Shown one piece after another: positions 30,286-40,591 of a stretch of 64,000 nt of DNA. Position 1 is the first letter of the stretch. Each line of letters begins with the position of its first letter. The notes under the pieces are model-generated. The model had not been told where the DNA came from and did not search any database. It was given only the letters and a program-made list of their open reading frames with translations. The position numbers and the translations under genes were made by a program. The DNA lies in the NCBI GenBank assembly GCA_964646765.1, contig CAZYIA010000002.1, positions 208,735 to 272,734 on the forward strand. The letters are read 5' to 3'. Source of the DNA: an uncultured Candidatus Saccharibacteria bacterium. Its GTDB lineage: Bacteria > Patescibacteriota > Minisyncoccia > Phycocordibacterales > UBA9973.

Positions 30286-33200
30286 AATTAAACGAAAAAT
30301 ACAATCCAGAATCTTTTGTTAATTTTATTCAAGATTTTCTTCCTGAAGATTTTAATCTCAAAGAAGAGGATATTGTAATTAACAAAGATAGATATAAAGA
30401 GATAACCAGAGCAAAGATTTTGGGTTTTTGTGAATCGCTAGATTTACATGTTTTGGAAATGGATCATACCCACGATAAAGATCCACGAGTGGCAATCGCT
30501 ACTGATGCTTTCAAAATTCTTGCTGATCACTGGATCCACAGAGCTTTAGTTATATTTAAAAACAACGATTCTGATAACTATCGTTTTTCATACCTTACAA
30601 TATCTCTCGATCTTAATGATAAGAATAAAGTTGTTAAAAAGTACTCAAACGCACGACGTTATTCTTTTTATTTAGGAACTAACGCAAAAGTTAAAACTCC
30701 AGAACAACAACTTATTAAAAAAGGGAAAATTAAGGATGTAGATGATCTGCTTAATCGGTTTTCTGTTGAAGTCGTAAATAAGCAATTCTACCTAGAAGTT
30801 GCAAAATTCTTTGATGAATTGGTTTCAATAGAAGATCAAAACCTAATTCTTCCTGGAGTATCCGAAACAGATATAAACACCCGAAAAAGCTTTGCTGTTC
30901 GACTTATTGGTCGCGCGATGTTTTGCTGGTTTTTGAAGCAGAAAAAATCAGATAATGGACAACTTGTTCCTGACGAAATCTTATCTTCAAAAGTTGTATC
31001 TGATAATTACTATCACAATACTCTTGAGCCTCTTTTCTTTGGAGTTCTGAACACAAGTATTGATGCCCGTGATATACGAACTGAACTCTTTGATAAAGTG
31101 CCATATTTAAACGGAGGGTTGTTTAATCCTCAAACAGACGACTACTACGAACTTGATCGTGGTACTTTTGCTTCAAAATACATCAATACTCTCAAGATAA
31201 GCGACAAGTGGTTTAAGGAATTCTTTGAACTTCTAGAAACATATAATTTCACCATTGATGAAAACACCGTATTTGATCAAGAACTTTCCGTTGATCCTGA
31301 AATGCTTGGTCGTATTTTTGAAAATCTTTTGGCTGAAATTAACCCTGAAACAGGAAGTAGTGAACGAAAACGAACAGGAAGTTTTTATACTCCAAGACAG
31401 ATTGTTGAGTATATGGTGGACAAGTCTCTAGTTGAGTATTTTAAGACAAAGACAAGTATTGAAGATAAAAAACTAAATGCGGTAGTCAGTTACGATCTTA
31501 CTGATGATACAGAGTATCCATTAAACCAAGAAGAGAAAAAACAGATAATCGATGCTATTGAATCATTAAAAATTCTTGATCCTGCTTGTGGGTCAGGTGC
31601 ATATCCAATCGGTGCACTTCAGAAAATTGTATACATTCTGCAACAAGTAGATCCTGATTGTACAATGTGGCTCGATAAGAAGCTCCAGGGTGTACCAGAT
31701 TTGTACAAACAAAAGATAATTAATGAGGTAAAACAAAATCCGTTTGATTACACCAGAAAACTTGATGTCATAAAGAACTCAATTTTCGGGGTAGATATTC
31801 AACCAATCGCTGTAGATGTATCTCGCTTGCGATGTTTTTTGACGTTAGTTGTTGAATCTGAAATTGACGATAATAAACCAAATCGAGGTATTGAACCACT
31901 TCCAAACTTGGACTTTAAATTCGTATGTGCAAATACACTTATCCCTCTACCTAAATCAACTGCAACAAATCTTTTTGATGATCATTCAGGTATTACTGAG
32001 CTATCAAAAATAATGTCAGAATATTTCTCTTGTAATAGTCAAAGAAAAAATGAACTTAGAATTAAGTTCACTAATGCACAAAAAGAAATTCTTGAAAAAA
32101 CCGTATCAGCCTTTGGTAAAAATACTGGCGAGCTTACTTTAAAACTTACAACATGGAATCCATTTAGTAACCACTCAAATTCCTGGTTTGATCCAGAATG
32201 GATGTTTGGATTACAAGAAAAATTCAGCATTGTTATAGGTAATCCTCCATACGTTGATTCAGAAACAATGGTAAAAGATGATCCGGCAATGCGTGAGTTT
32301 TATTCATCTTTATATAAAACTGCAAGTGGTAACTGGGATCTTTTCGTTATTTTTATTGAACAAGGAATCAATCTTTTAAACGATAAAGGTAGTTTATCGT
32401 TTATAGTTCCAAATAAATTGATCGGGGCAAAATATTCAGAGTCAATACGATCTCTAATGATGTCAAAAAATATTCGATATATAAGAGACTATTCAAGTGT
32501 AAAAGTATTTAAAGAAGCAAGTGTTTATCCTGTTGTGTTTCAGGTTTCTAATTACACTCAAGATAAATCTGAGGTTATTTTAACAAAGATGAAGGATATT
32601 GAAGACGCGGAGTTGATAAACAAAGTCCCACATTCCTTGTTTTATGATGATGTATATTGGGATCGATATTTTATAGAACCCAAATTTTTAGAATTAATAG
32701 TAAAAATTACAAATAATAAAAAATTAGTAGAGATTAATAATCAGATTCTAGGATCAGCGACGGTTAATGAAGCATATCAACTCAAGGAGCTTGTGCATGA
32801 GATAGAAGACATCGAGGGGAATAATTTCAAGAAACTAATAAATTCAGGAACAATTGATCCTTATACTTCCTTGTGGGGTGTAAAAAAGACACAATATATT
32901 AAATCATCTTATAATAAACCTGTAGTTAATAATGATGTCTTACTAAAACTTCTGCCAAAAAGATTCACTCAAGCCGATTCTAGCAAATTAATTATTGCTG
33001 GGATGTCTAAAAGACTTGAGGTTTTTCTTGATAAAGGAGAATACATTGCTGGAAAATCCACTACAATTATTCTTGATAATCAAAAAATGGACATTCGTTA
33101 TTTGCTTGCTATTTTGAATTCAAAATTAATTTCTTATTGGTATCAGATTTACTTCAAATCACTTTCACTTGCAGGCGGATATCTTAGAATCAGTAATAAT

Positions 33201-33386
33201 GAAATTAAAAAAATCCCAATCGCAATTGCTGATAGTAGTTCAGAGATAACTATATTAGATTTGGTTGATCAAATTATGGATGGTAAATCTGCAAATGTAT
33301 CTGATTTGGAATCAAAATTAGAAGAATTAATAATGGATGTGTATAAATTAAACAACGAAGAAAAAGAAATCGTGCGGAATGCTTAA
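30282..33386 (+). CDS. Large N6-adenine DNA methyltransferase with target-recognition domain (Eco57I/type IIG-like)
   Basis: PYLNGGLF, DPEMLGRIFE, GSFYTP, ILDPACGSG, GNPPY, TaqI-C-like 'YLLAILNSKL'; ATGA overlap with the helicase gene. Confidence 0.9.
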   Translation: MKLNEKYNPESFVNFIQDFLPEDFNLKEEDIVINKDRYKEITRAKILGFCESLDLHVLEMDHTHDKDPRVAIATDAFKILADHWIHRALVIFKNNDSDNYRFSYLTISLDLNDKNKVVKKYSNARRYSFYLGTNAKVKTPEQQLIKKGKIKDVDDLLNRFSVEVVNKQFYLEVAKFFDELVSIEDQNLILPGVSETDINTRKSFAVRLIGRAMFCWFLKQKKSDNGQLVPDEILSSKVVSDNYYHNTLEPLFFGVLNTSIDARDIRTELFDKVPYLNGGLFNPQTDDYYELDRGTFASKYINTLKISDKWFKEFFELLETYNFTIDENTVFDQELSVDPEMLGRIFENLLAEINPETGSSERKRTGSFYTPRQIVEYMVDKSLVEYFKTKTSIEDKKLNAVVSYDLTDDTEYPLNQEEKKQIIDAIESLKILDPACGSGAYPIGALQKIVYILQQVDPDCTMWLDKKLQGVPDLYKQKIINEVKQNPFDYTRKLDVIKNSIFGVDIQPIAVDVSRLRCFLTLVVESEIDDNKPNRGIEPLPNLDFKFVCANTLIPLPKSTATNLFDDHSGITELSKIMSEYFSCNSQRKNELRIKFTNAQKEILEKTVSAFGKNTGELTLKLTTWNPFSNHSNSWFDPEWMFGLQEKFSIVIGNPPYVDSETMVKDDPAMREFYSSLYKTASGNWDLFVIFIEQGINLLNDKGSLSFIVPNKLIGAKYSESIRSLMMSKNIRYIRDYSSVKVFKEASVYPVVFQVSNYTQDKSEVILTKMKDIEDAELINKVPHSLFYDDVYWDRYFIEPKFLELIVKITNNKKLVEINNQILGSATVNEAYQLKELVHEIEDIEGNNFKKLINSGTIDPYTSLWGVKKTQYIKSSYNKPVVNNDVLLKLLPKRFTQADSSKLIIAGMSKRLEVFLDKGEYIAGKSTTIILDNQKMDIRYLLAILNSKLISYWYQIYFKSLSLAGGYLRISNNEIKKIPIAIADSSSEITILDLVDQIMDGKSANVSDLESKLEELIMDVYKLNNEEKEIVRNA

Positions 33387-34702
33387 TTAAAAGATATTAT
33401 TTTATTTTTCAAGATAATCTTACTCTTAAAACAAGTTAGTAATTCTCGTTTCTCCTCAATTAAACCATCTTTCAAAATAAATTTGGCGTAGTCTCTAATG
33501 TCTATGTCTTTTATTTGTATTTGTTGCTTTGTGTTTAACACAAATTGATTAAAGCGTTTGATTCTTTCAACTTCGTATTTAATCTTTTCTTTCATTCCTA
33601 TCTCGTTAATATTTACCTGATCAATCAACTTTTCAAATTGCTGTATTAGATCTACTTCATTTATATACCCACACTTACAGTTCTTATCCTTAGATCTCGT
33701 ACACCCATAATAGATATGCCTATTTACTGATCCGTCTTTAAGTTTTTTAAACTTTTCATCTGCACATATTCCAGAACCACAAAGCCCACATGTCATCATT
33801 TTTGTAAAAGCAAATTCTTTTGGCTCTTGGGTTCGCAACACTTGGCTTTTTGTTTGTTCTTGGACTAGATCAAAAAGTTCTTTATTGATTATCGGCTCGT
33901 GTTTTCCAGTATAGAAATTTCCACTTTTCCGTGGATACTCAAAAACTCCATAATAGAATGGATTTTGAAGTATGAGATAAATATTGCTAAGGGTAAGACC
34001 TTTGTTGCCACTACGAGTTTTGAAATTAAGATCGAACTTAAGCCAGTGATAAAGTTTTCTTCCTGACCATTTTTCGTATGCCACTTTTTCAAACATTTGT
34101 TTAACTATCGGTGCTCGTTCTGGGTCTATAACGACTTCACACTTTTTATCCATTCGTTTTTCATTGAGATACCCAACAACAGCAGGACCCGGGCGAAGCC
34201 CCATCTCACATCTTGTTCGTAAACCTCGTTTTACATTGATACTTTTATTATCGTTCTCGAGTTTTGCTTGAGAACATAGAATCATCAAAAGAAACTTCTC
34301 ATTTGGAGAATTTTTGAAGTGTTGCCCATATGTTCTGATTTCAAGAAGTTTTGTTTCATCCATAAGATCAACAACAGATCCAAGGTCACCGGCATTTCTT
34401 GATAGACGATCTGGTGCCCAGGTGAGTATACCGTTATACCTACCACGCCTTATGTCCTCTAATACCTCTCTAAATACTGGTCGTTGACCAGATTCTTTAG
34501 CCGAGTGAGATTCACGTCTAATATCAACAACCGTTAAACTATCACGGTCGGCTATAGCAAGCATTTCCTTAACCTGTGATTCGATAGACAGGGCTTGTTT
34601 TTCGTCTGATTCGGTTGATTTTCGAGCATATAGGACATACCGAATCTTGGTTTTTGGTACCTCTGTCCTTACTCCTAAATTGCTTATATATTGCGTCTCC
34701 AT
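33383..34702 (-). CDS. Large serine recombinase/integrase
   Basis: YARKS catalytic Ser, DRLSRN, recombinase domain (ILQNPFYYG, GKHEPII), Zn ribbon CGLC...YYGC...C; ATG 34702 chosen. Confidence 0.93.
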   Translation of the reverse strand: METQYISNLGVRTEVPKTKIRYVLYARKSTESDEKQALSIESQVKEMLAIADRDSLTVVDIRRESHSAKESGQRPVFREVLEDIRRGRYNGILTWAPDRLSRNAGDLGSVVDLMDETKLLEIRTYGQHFKNSPNEKFLLMILCSQAKLENDNKSINVKRGLRTRCEMGLRPGPAVVGYLNEKRMDKKCEVVIDPERAPIVKQMFEKVAYEKWSGRKLYHWLKFDLNFKTRSGNKGLTLSNIYLILQNPFYYGVFEYPRKSGNFYTGKHEPIINKELFDLVQEQTKSQVLRTQEPKEFAFTKMMTCGLCGSGICADEKFKKLKDGSVNRHIYYGCTRSKDKNCKCGYINEVDLIQQFEKLIDQVNINEIGMKEKIKYEVERIKRFNQFVLNTKQQIQIKDIDIRDYAKFILKDGLIEEKRELLTCFKSKIILKNKIISFN

Positions 34703-34774
34703 ATTATATTGATGACGCAATTTGAGCGTTTTGCTAAGTCTATGCAGAACTAGCGAAATATTGCATACTCGCGA

Positions 34775-36277
34775 CTACTTCACTGACTCAACATCAACAT
34801 AATCAGAATAATAAATTGTGCTGTCGTCATCACCACCTAGCCAAAACATTATTATGGTACCTTCATTTGAATGCTTATCGAGAGTTGCATTTATGAGTAG
34901 TGAAAATGCGTCTGCAAGATCATCGTGTTTTTCAGCCCCAAATCCAACCAGTTGTTCAATTAAATCTTCACACCCTTGTCTGGGGAACTTTATAATCCCT
35001 GATTTTATAGCAGTTGAAGTAAGAGAAAGTCTAGTTCTTTTATCTCCTTTCGGCTTAATTGCTTCTGCGGTAATTCCATGAAGCTCAAGCATTTGAGGTA
35101 GTGCTTCTTGATATGCAACACTCTCAACAAAAAGAGTGTCGCTAGATCTTGGCATATTAGTTGCTTTAAAGTTTTTCATTAAATCCACTTGTGCCGGGAA
35201 ATTTAGTTTTTGCTGAATTGGGTTTGGGAGGATGTATATACGCATTTTTTCTCTTCTGCTATACACATGAGCAGAAACAATAGTTGTAAAATCCGCTGAA
35301 TCTTTTGCTGAAATGGCAAGGTCTACTCCTGCATAAGTACCTCGGTATCCCATATGCCTGGTTCCAGGCAGATCATCATAATATTGAATCCATTCTCTAT
35401 AAATAACTTGATCATCACTCGGAATAATACGAAGTAAATATTCCCGTTGCCATGATATTTCACTAGCAACTTTTAGTTTTTCTTCTTCAATATCTTTTGT
35501 ATCTTTGTATTTTCCAGGCCACAAGCATAGATCATTTTTATCTAAGAGTGGGTATTCTTTAAAAATACCTTTTGCTTTGCCTTTTGAAATTTCGTCCTTG
35601 ATACGCATTAAGAGTGAATCCTCGTGGAGCAAGTTTCCGACAATGATTAGTCGAGTATTTCTATCTCCAGCAGGTACAATCTCACCACGGAGCCAATGAT
35701 ACGTCTTATCTCTCCCTTCACGAGTTTTAGCAGACTGCACGTCTTCCACATCATCACAAATGATTAAGTCTGGTCGATGTTCGTTATGGCGAATACCACG
35801 AATACTTTGTTCAGTAGAAGCTACGGTAATTCTAGCTCCGTGCTTCTTAAAAACGAGAGAGAACGAACCCCACTCGTCGCTTTCTTCTTGAAATGGTCCA
35901 AGATCTTTTTTAAGAACATCGTTACCCTCAAGTTCAGTACGAATATTCATCATATGTTGCTTTGCCTGTGCTCTAGTCTGACAGAAAATAATACAAAATT
36001 TCTTTTGTTGTTTTCCGAGGATTGCCCAAATAGGATATGCAGTCGTTACCATAGTAGATTTTCCAGATCCACGAAATGCCACCACATATAGGTTTTCAGT
36101 AGTGCTTTTTTCGAGATTATGGATAATCTCTTTTTGAAAGTCTGCCGTTTCGTACTTCACATAGTGTGCATAGTAGAAGTGGAAAAAGTATAGGAAGCTA
36201 TCTTTTGTAATTGATGTTCGCACTGATCTATCTTTAATCATAGTATTCACCAGTGCTTTTGGAATTATTTTAGTCAT
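34775..36277 (-). CDS. Phage terminase large subunit
   Basis: Walker A FRGSGKS, Walker B LIICDDVED, RNase H-like nuclease GVDLA ... HDDLADA. Confidence 0.88.
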   Translation of the reverse strand: MTKIIPKALVNTMIKDRSVRTSITKDSFLYFFHFYYAHYVKYETADFQKEIIHNLEKSTTENLYVVAFRGSGKSTMVTTAYPIWAILGKQQKKFCIIFCQTRAQAKQHMMNIRTELEGNDVLKKDLGPFQEESDEWGSFSLVFKKHGARITVASTEQSIRGIRHNEHRPDLIICDDVEDVQSAKTREGRDKTYHWLRGEIVPAGDRNTRLIIVGNLLHEDSLLMRIKDEISKGKAKGIFKEYPLLDKNDLCLWPGKYKDTKDIEEEKLKVASEISWQREYLLRIIPSDDQVIYREWIQYYDDLPGTRHMGYRGTYAGVDLAISAKDSADFTTIVSAHVYSRREKMRIYILPNPIQQKLNFPAQVDLMKNFKATNMPRSSDTLFVESVAYQEALPQMLELHGITAEAIKPKGDKRTRLSLTSTAIKSGIIKFPRQGCEDLIEQLVGFGAEKHDDLADAFSLLINATLDKHSNEGTIIMFWLGGDDDSTIYYSDYVDVESVK

Positions 36278-36279
36278 AA

Positions 36280-36687
36280 TTATTTTTTACGATTAATGTT
36301 TTTAATGGATTTCGACTTGGTAATTTTTGCGAGTTTAAGTGCCTGCTTTACAATTTTCGCTTGTGACGGTGTTAGTTCCTCGTTATCATCTTTAGTAGTA
36401 ATCTCAAGTTTGTTTTTGTAATTATCATTTCGATGACGAAGCCAAAAACTAATTGCAGGATAGTTTTTCTCTTTAATAAGAGTAAGTAGTTGGCTTTCGC
36501 TCATGTCATTTACCAAAGTAACACCTTCAGAAAGTGCACCATCCATTTTCTTGAGAAATTCTTTATCATCTTTTCTCCATCGATATACACTGTTGCGAGA
36601 CAATCCTGTTTTCTCACACGCTACCTGAACGATTGGCACTTTTCGCAGTTCATCAAGGAACTGGTCTTGAAATTTATTCTTTTTCAT
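36280..36687 (-). CDS. HTH protein, probable terminase small subunit
   Basis: 'FLDELRK...VQVACEKTGLSRNSVYRWRKDDKEF', 'AISFWLR'; directly upstream of the large subunit. Confidence 0.7.
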   Translation of the reverse strand: MKKNKFQDQFLDELRKVPIVQVACEKTGLSRNSVYRWRKDDKEFLKKMDGALSEGVTLVNDMSESQLLTLIKEKNYPAISFWLRHRNDNYKNKLEITTKDDNEELTPSQAKIVKQALKLAKITKSKSIKNINRKK

Positions 36688-37951
36688 AGAAGTTCTTGAT
36701 TACCTGTGCTTTGTGACCAGTTAATTTTTCATAGCGACGAATCGCCAAATCGCAAAACACAGGTTCTATTTCTAGGGAATAGACCTTTCGACCCAATTGT
36801 TCCGCACAGATCATAGTGCTAGCAGATCCAGAAAAGGCATCAAAAATGATGTCTCCTGGCTTAGTGCAACGCATAATAAACTTATGGTGTAATTCAGGAT
36901 TTTTACTCGTTGCATGTTCCATTTGATTTGAAGGTAGTCGTTTTGTAGCCCAAATGTTTGAAACATCTTCTAGAAGCTGATTACCAGTTCCATAATCTTT
37001 GTTTTGAACTTCGTTTAGATTTCTTACGAGATCAGAAATATATGGAGATCCTTTTGTGCCGTACACGCAATACTCAAGACACTTGTTGAACGCCACGGTA
37101 GGTGTCGGCGATGAGTTATTTTTAACCCAAACATTAAGTCTTCGGTTCTTAACTCCGTTTTCCATATAGAGTGTTTGAAAAACCCACACCCAGGCTTCAT
37201 CACACCAGAAAGCGACATGTACATCTTTAGTAGATATGGTTAGTGAAGATTTTAGAACCTTGCGAATAAATTCTTTATATTCTTCGGGTGATTGATTGTC
37301 GTCAAACGTACCTCCGTAGTTGGATTTATTTCCCACACCTTTATCGTATGAGAGCCCTATATTAAAGGGTGGGTCATTGTAGATAGCAGTGGCTTTATCG
37401 TTTCCGAACAGTTTAGTAACAGCATTAACATCAGTTGAACTAGCACACAACAACTTATGACTACCCATGATTATAAGATCACCTGGTTTAGTCTGTGGTG
37501 TTTTTATTTTCTTTAACTCTTTATCGACATCGAATTTGTCATCTTTGGTATCCTTTTCTTCGTCCCAAAACTTAACCAATTCTTTTTCGTTAAATCCAGC
37601 AAATTGCAAAAGCTCTAGGTCAAAAGACTTAAGCTTTTCAAAATCCCATTCTCCATCATTTATATTACTTTCAATAGCAATCTTGCGACGTTCTTCGTCA
37701 GATAATTTACGATCAGGTATCAACACGTTTACTTGCTTGATACCAAGTTGTATCAAAGCGGTTTTTCTTTGATTGCCTGAAATAATAGTGTTATCTGTAT
37801 CAATGACAATCACACTGTGAAAACCACTTTGAATGATTTTCTCCTTTAATTTCTCCATAGCGACCCTTGAGATTTTTCTTGGATTTTCTTTCCAAGGGAG
37901 TAAGTCTTTGACCTCTCGAACTCCTGTTTTCCATAAAGGTTTTTTATTCAT
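36674..37951 (-). CDS. ParB-like domain + beta-class DNA methyltransferase fusion (phage-type)
   Basis: N-terminal 'NPRKI...IISGNQR'; DPPF motif IV, HATSKN, DAFSGSAS motif I. Confidence 0.88.
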   Translation of the reverse strand: MNKKPLWKTGVREVKDLLPWKENPRKISRVAMEKLKEKIIQSGFHSVIVIDTDNTIISGNQRKTALIQLGIKQVNVLIPDRKLSDEERRKIAIESNINDGEWDFEKLKSFDLELLQFAGFNEKELVKFWDEEKDTKDDKFDVDKELKKIKTPQTKPGDLIIMGSHKLLCASSTDVNAVTKLFGNDKATAIYNDPPFNIGLSYDKGVGNKSNYGGTFDDNQSPEEYKEFIRKVLKSSLTISTKDVHVAFWCDEAWVWVFQTLYMENGVKNRRLNVWVKNNSSPTPTVAFNKCLEYCVYGTKGSPYISDLVRNLNEVQNKDYGTGNQLLEDVSNIWATKRLPSNQMEHATSKNPELHHKFIMRCTKPGDIIFDAFSGSASTMICAEQLGRKVYSLEIEPVFCDLAIRRYEKLTGHKAQVIKNFYEKE

Positions 37952-38125
37952 AGAGTTTTTATTTAATTACTTATAAATTTGTAGATGACTAATCTACTAA
38001 CTCCATGAAATCAAAAAGGTACATAGGCATGTAATTGGCATAAAATTGAGTAGCATAAAGAAAAAACGCCTATTTAAAGGCGATTTTTCAAAGTTATCCA
38101 CTCAACTTGGTGTCAACTTAGGAAT

Positions 38126-38749
38126 TTATTCTTTCTCTATATGTATTTTAGGATTGATACGATACCCAGAACCTTTCTTTCCTTGAATAAGTTTTGTTTT
38201 CTTTGGAAGTCTTAGGGTGTTGATCACATAGTCATTAAAAGTCTGAACTATTTTTGCTACGGCTGACGATGAAAGCATGGATCCAAGTTCTTTTGTTTTT
38301 ACATATGTGCCACGATCAAGAAGTATTTCAAGTAATTGTTTTCTTTTTCCATTTTCAGTGAGATCGTATGAGAAAAGTTTACCTCCCAAATGTCTATCGA
38401 GTGATCCATTTCTTGTGTCATAAATAATTACATTGCTGTCTTGGCTCGAAGATAAAAGTCGCTTGTGGTTTTTATTTAACTCCTGGAGTTCTTCTAGAAT
38501 GTCGTATTCAACAGGACGACGGTATACGATTTCAGGGTATTCTACTGGTTCAAAAAGTTTTACTTGTTCTCGAACGCGATTCATTTGTTCAATGATCGGC
38601 TGAGCAATTTTTCTCACATTTTCAATCATTTCTGCATGTCTTTTACCAATCTCTTGGAATTGAGAAATCTGCCCCTCACTCAAAGCAGGAGGGTGTATCT
38701 TTGCTACCAGTTCACCGACGGTCATTGGTTTTTTCTGGTCATTTTCCAT
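38126..38749 (-). CDS. Hypothetical protein with probable C-terminal winged-helix DNA-binding domain
   Basis: C-terminus 'LT...KQLLEILL...LIQGKKGSGYRI' resembles an OmpR-type wHTH; divergent from lexA. Confidence 0.55.
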   Translation of the reverse strand: MENDQKKPMTVGELVAKIHPPALSEGQISQFQEIGKRHAEMIENVRKIAQPIIEQMNRVREQVKLFEPVEYPEIVYRRPVEYDILEELQELNKNHKRLLSSSQDSNVIIYDTRNGSLDRHLGGKLFSYDLTENGKRKQLLEILLDRGTYVKTKELGSMLSSSAVAKIVQTFNDYVINTLRLPKKTKLIQGKKGSGYRINPKIHIEKE

Positions 38750-38807
38750 AAAGACATCATAGCAAATACTTGCTTTTTTGTATAGAGTAATTTATACTAT
38801 TTATACC

Positions 38808-39425
38808 ATGACAAATAACCTTAGTGACAAAGATAAAAAAGCGTTTGCCCTTATCCGTAACAAGATTGTTCATTATGGCAAAAGCCCTACACTTAGTGAG
38901 ATTAATAAGGTTACAGGTGGAGCTTCTCCACGATCTGCAAGCCTTGTAATTAATCGACTAATTGACGCAGGACTAATAAAAAAGATTGGACGACAGCTTA
39001 TCCTTACTGGATCACAAACAACAGCTTCAATAAGCACTGTTGATGTTCCTTTGGTAGGTGCTGTGACATGCGGTACCCCTGTTCTTGCCGAAGAAAATAT
39101 TCAAGCCTTGATCCCTGTATCAACAGGTCTAGCTAAAAAGGGTTCAAAATATTTTCTTTTGCGTGCAATTGGAGACTCAATGAATCTTGCAGGAATTAAT
39201 AGTGGTGATCTGCTTTTGATTCGACAGCAAGACACAGCAGAAGATAATGATAAAGTTGTTGCTCTTATAAATGACGAAGCAACCGTCAAAGTATTCAAGA
39301 AAGCGGATGGTGCTGTTGTACTTCAACCGAAGTCAACGAATAAAAACCATAAGCCGATTATATTAACAGATAACTGTATCATCCAAGGGGTAGTTGTTGC
39401 GGTACTTCCAGGTGATCTATATTAA
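38808..39425 (+). CDS. lexA: LexA-like repressor (S24 autopeptidase)
   Basis: wHTH 'SPTLSEI', VGAVTCG.P cleavage loop, GDSM (Ser), EATVK (Lys); element-borne copy. Confidence 0.9.
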   Translation: MTNNLSDKDKKAFALIRNKIVHYGKSPTLSEINKVTGGASPRSASLVINRLIDAGLIKKIGRQLILTGSQTTASISTVDVPLVGAVTCGTPVLAEENIQALIPVSTGLAKKGSKYFLLRAIGDSMNLAGINSGDLLLIRQQDTAEDNDKVVALINDEATVKVFKKADGAVVLQPKSTNKNHKPIILTDNCIIQGVVVAVLPGDLY

Positions 39426-39431
39426 ATTTTT

Positions 39432-39659
39432 ATGGCAAAAAATATTCATACTGTTTATAACTCAGATCGTGGAATGTGGGAAAACAAAAAAGAGGGTTCT
39501 GATAAACCACTTTCTTCTCATCACACAAAAGATAATGCTCTTGATAGAGCAGAAAATATTGCTGAAAAAGCAAAGGTCGAACATTTTATTCACGGCAAGG
39601 ACGGAAAAATCCAGGAGCGTAATAGTTATGGGAATGATCCGTTTCCTCCTAGAGGCTAA
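39432..39659 (+). CDS. DUF2188-family small protein
   Basis: 'W..KKEG...HTKDNA...IHGKDGKIQERNSYGNDPFPPRG' signature. Confidence 0.88.
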   Translation: MAKNIHTVYNSDRGMWENKKEGSDKPLSSHHTKDNALDRAENIAEKAKVEHFIHGKDGKIQERNSYGNDPFPPRG

Positions 39660-39665
39660 AAGACT

Positions 39666-40589
39666 ATGGCTATTCCACTTTCTCAACTGACTACATGGTC
39701 AAACCAAGGTGCTACTGTTTCAGCAAAAGCAACTCATGAATCTATTCGAACAGCACTGACACATGACCAGTCGCCACTTAAAGATCGTATCAGTAATGGT
39801 TCGGTAAAAATCTATCTCCAAGGATCGTATAAAAACGATACAAATATTCGAGCAGATAGTGATGTGGATGTAGTTGTCGAATTAACAACTACATTTGGTC
39901 ATAATGCACACGAACTTCCTTATGATCAGAAAAATGCTCATGATCAGGCATATGGTAGTGCTGTTTATGATTGGCAAGATCTACGCAGAGATGTCATTTC
40001 TGCTCTGACTAAATATTATGGTTTACTATCTGTTGATACAAGTGGTAATAAATCAATTAAACTCAAACCCTCTTCAGGAAGACTAAAGGCTGACATTGTT
40101 CCTGTTATAAATTATCGTAAATATGATTATTTCTATGGTACCAATAGTCATAATGCAGAAGAGGGTGTGAAATTTTATCATCGCACAACAAATCGTGGAA
40201 TCATAAATTATCCAGAGCACCACTATCAAAACGGAGTTAATAAAAATTCAGATATTCGTACAGGCGGGCGCTTTAAGCCAACAGTACGAATTTTCAAGAA
40301 TATGAGAAACCATCTTGTTGATACAGGCAAACTTGCCGATGGTATAGCACCGTCATATTTCTTACAGTCATTAATTTACAATGTCCCTGATGAACATTTT
40401 ACCGGTGATCATTCGACAACCGTACACGCAGTATTAAAACACCTCTGGTCTGCATTACCTCTTGGTCAATGTATGTGTCAAAACCATTTTCATGAGTTAT
40501 TCGGTGAAAGTGAGGAGCAATGGAATCAAGATGATGCAGTAAAAACTATCAGTGCTTTTGTAGAGCTTTGGGATAATTGGAATCAATAA
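39666..40589 (+). CDS. cGAS/DncV-like nucleotidyltransferase (CD-NTase, CdnE-like), CBASS synthase
   Basis: 'IP.SQL..WS.QGA...A..THESIR.AL', YLQGSYKNDTNIRADSDVD, GNKSIK, ADIVP, IINYP..H..NG..KN, FKPTVRIFKN, APSYF. Confidence 0.92.
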   Translation: MAIPLSQLTTWSNQGATVSAKATHESIRTALTHDQSPLKDRISNGSVKIYLQGSYKNDTNIRADSDVDVVVELTTTFGHNAHELPYDQKNAHDQAYGSAVYDWQDLRRDVISALTKYYGLLSVDTSGNKSIKLKPSSGRLKADIVPVINYRKYDYFYGTNSHNAEEGVKFYHRTTNRGIINYPEHHYQNGVNKNSDIRTGGRFKPTVRIFKNMRNHLVDTGKLADGIAPSYFLQSLIYNVPDEHFTGDHSTTVHAVLKHLWSALPLGQCMCQNHFHELFGESEEQWNQDDAVKTISAFVELWDNWNQ

Positions 40590-40591
40590 TT

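Noticed and set aside
26992-33386. Full DISARM or BREX system
   Set aside because: No DrmA/DrmB/DrmC or BrxC/PglZ-type partner genes are recognisable; only the helicase and MTase are present
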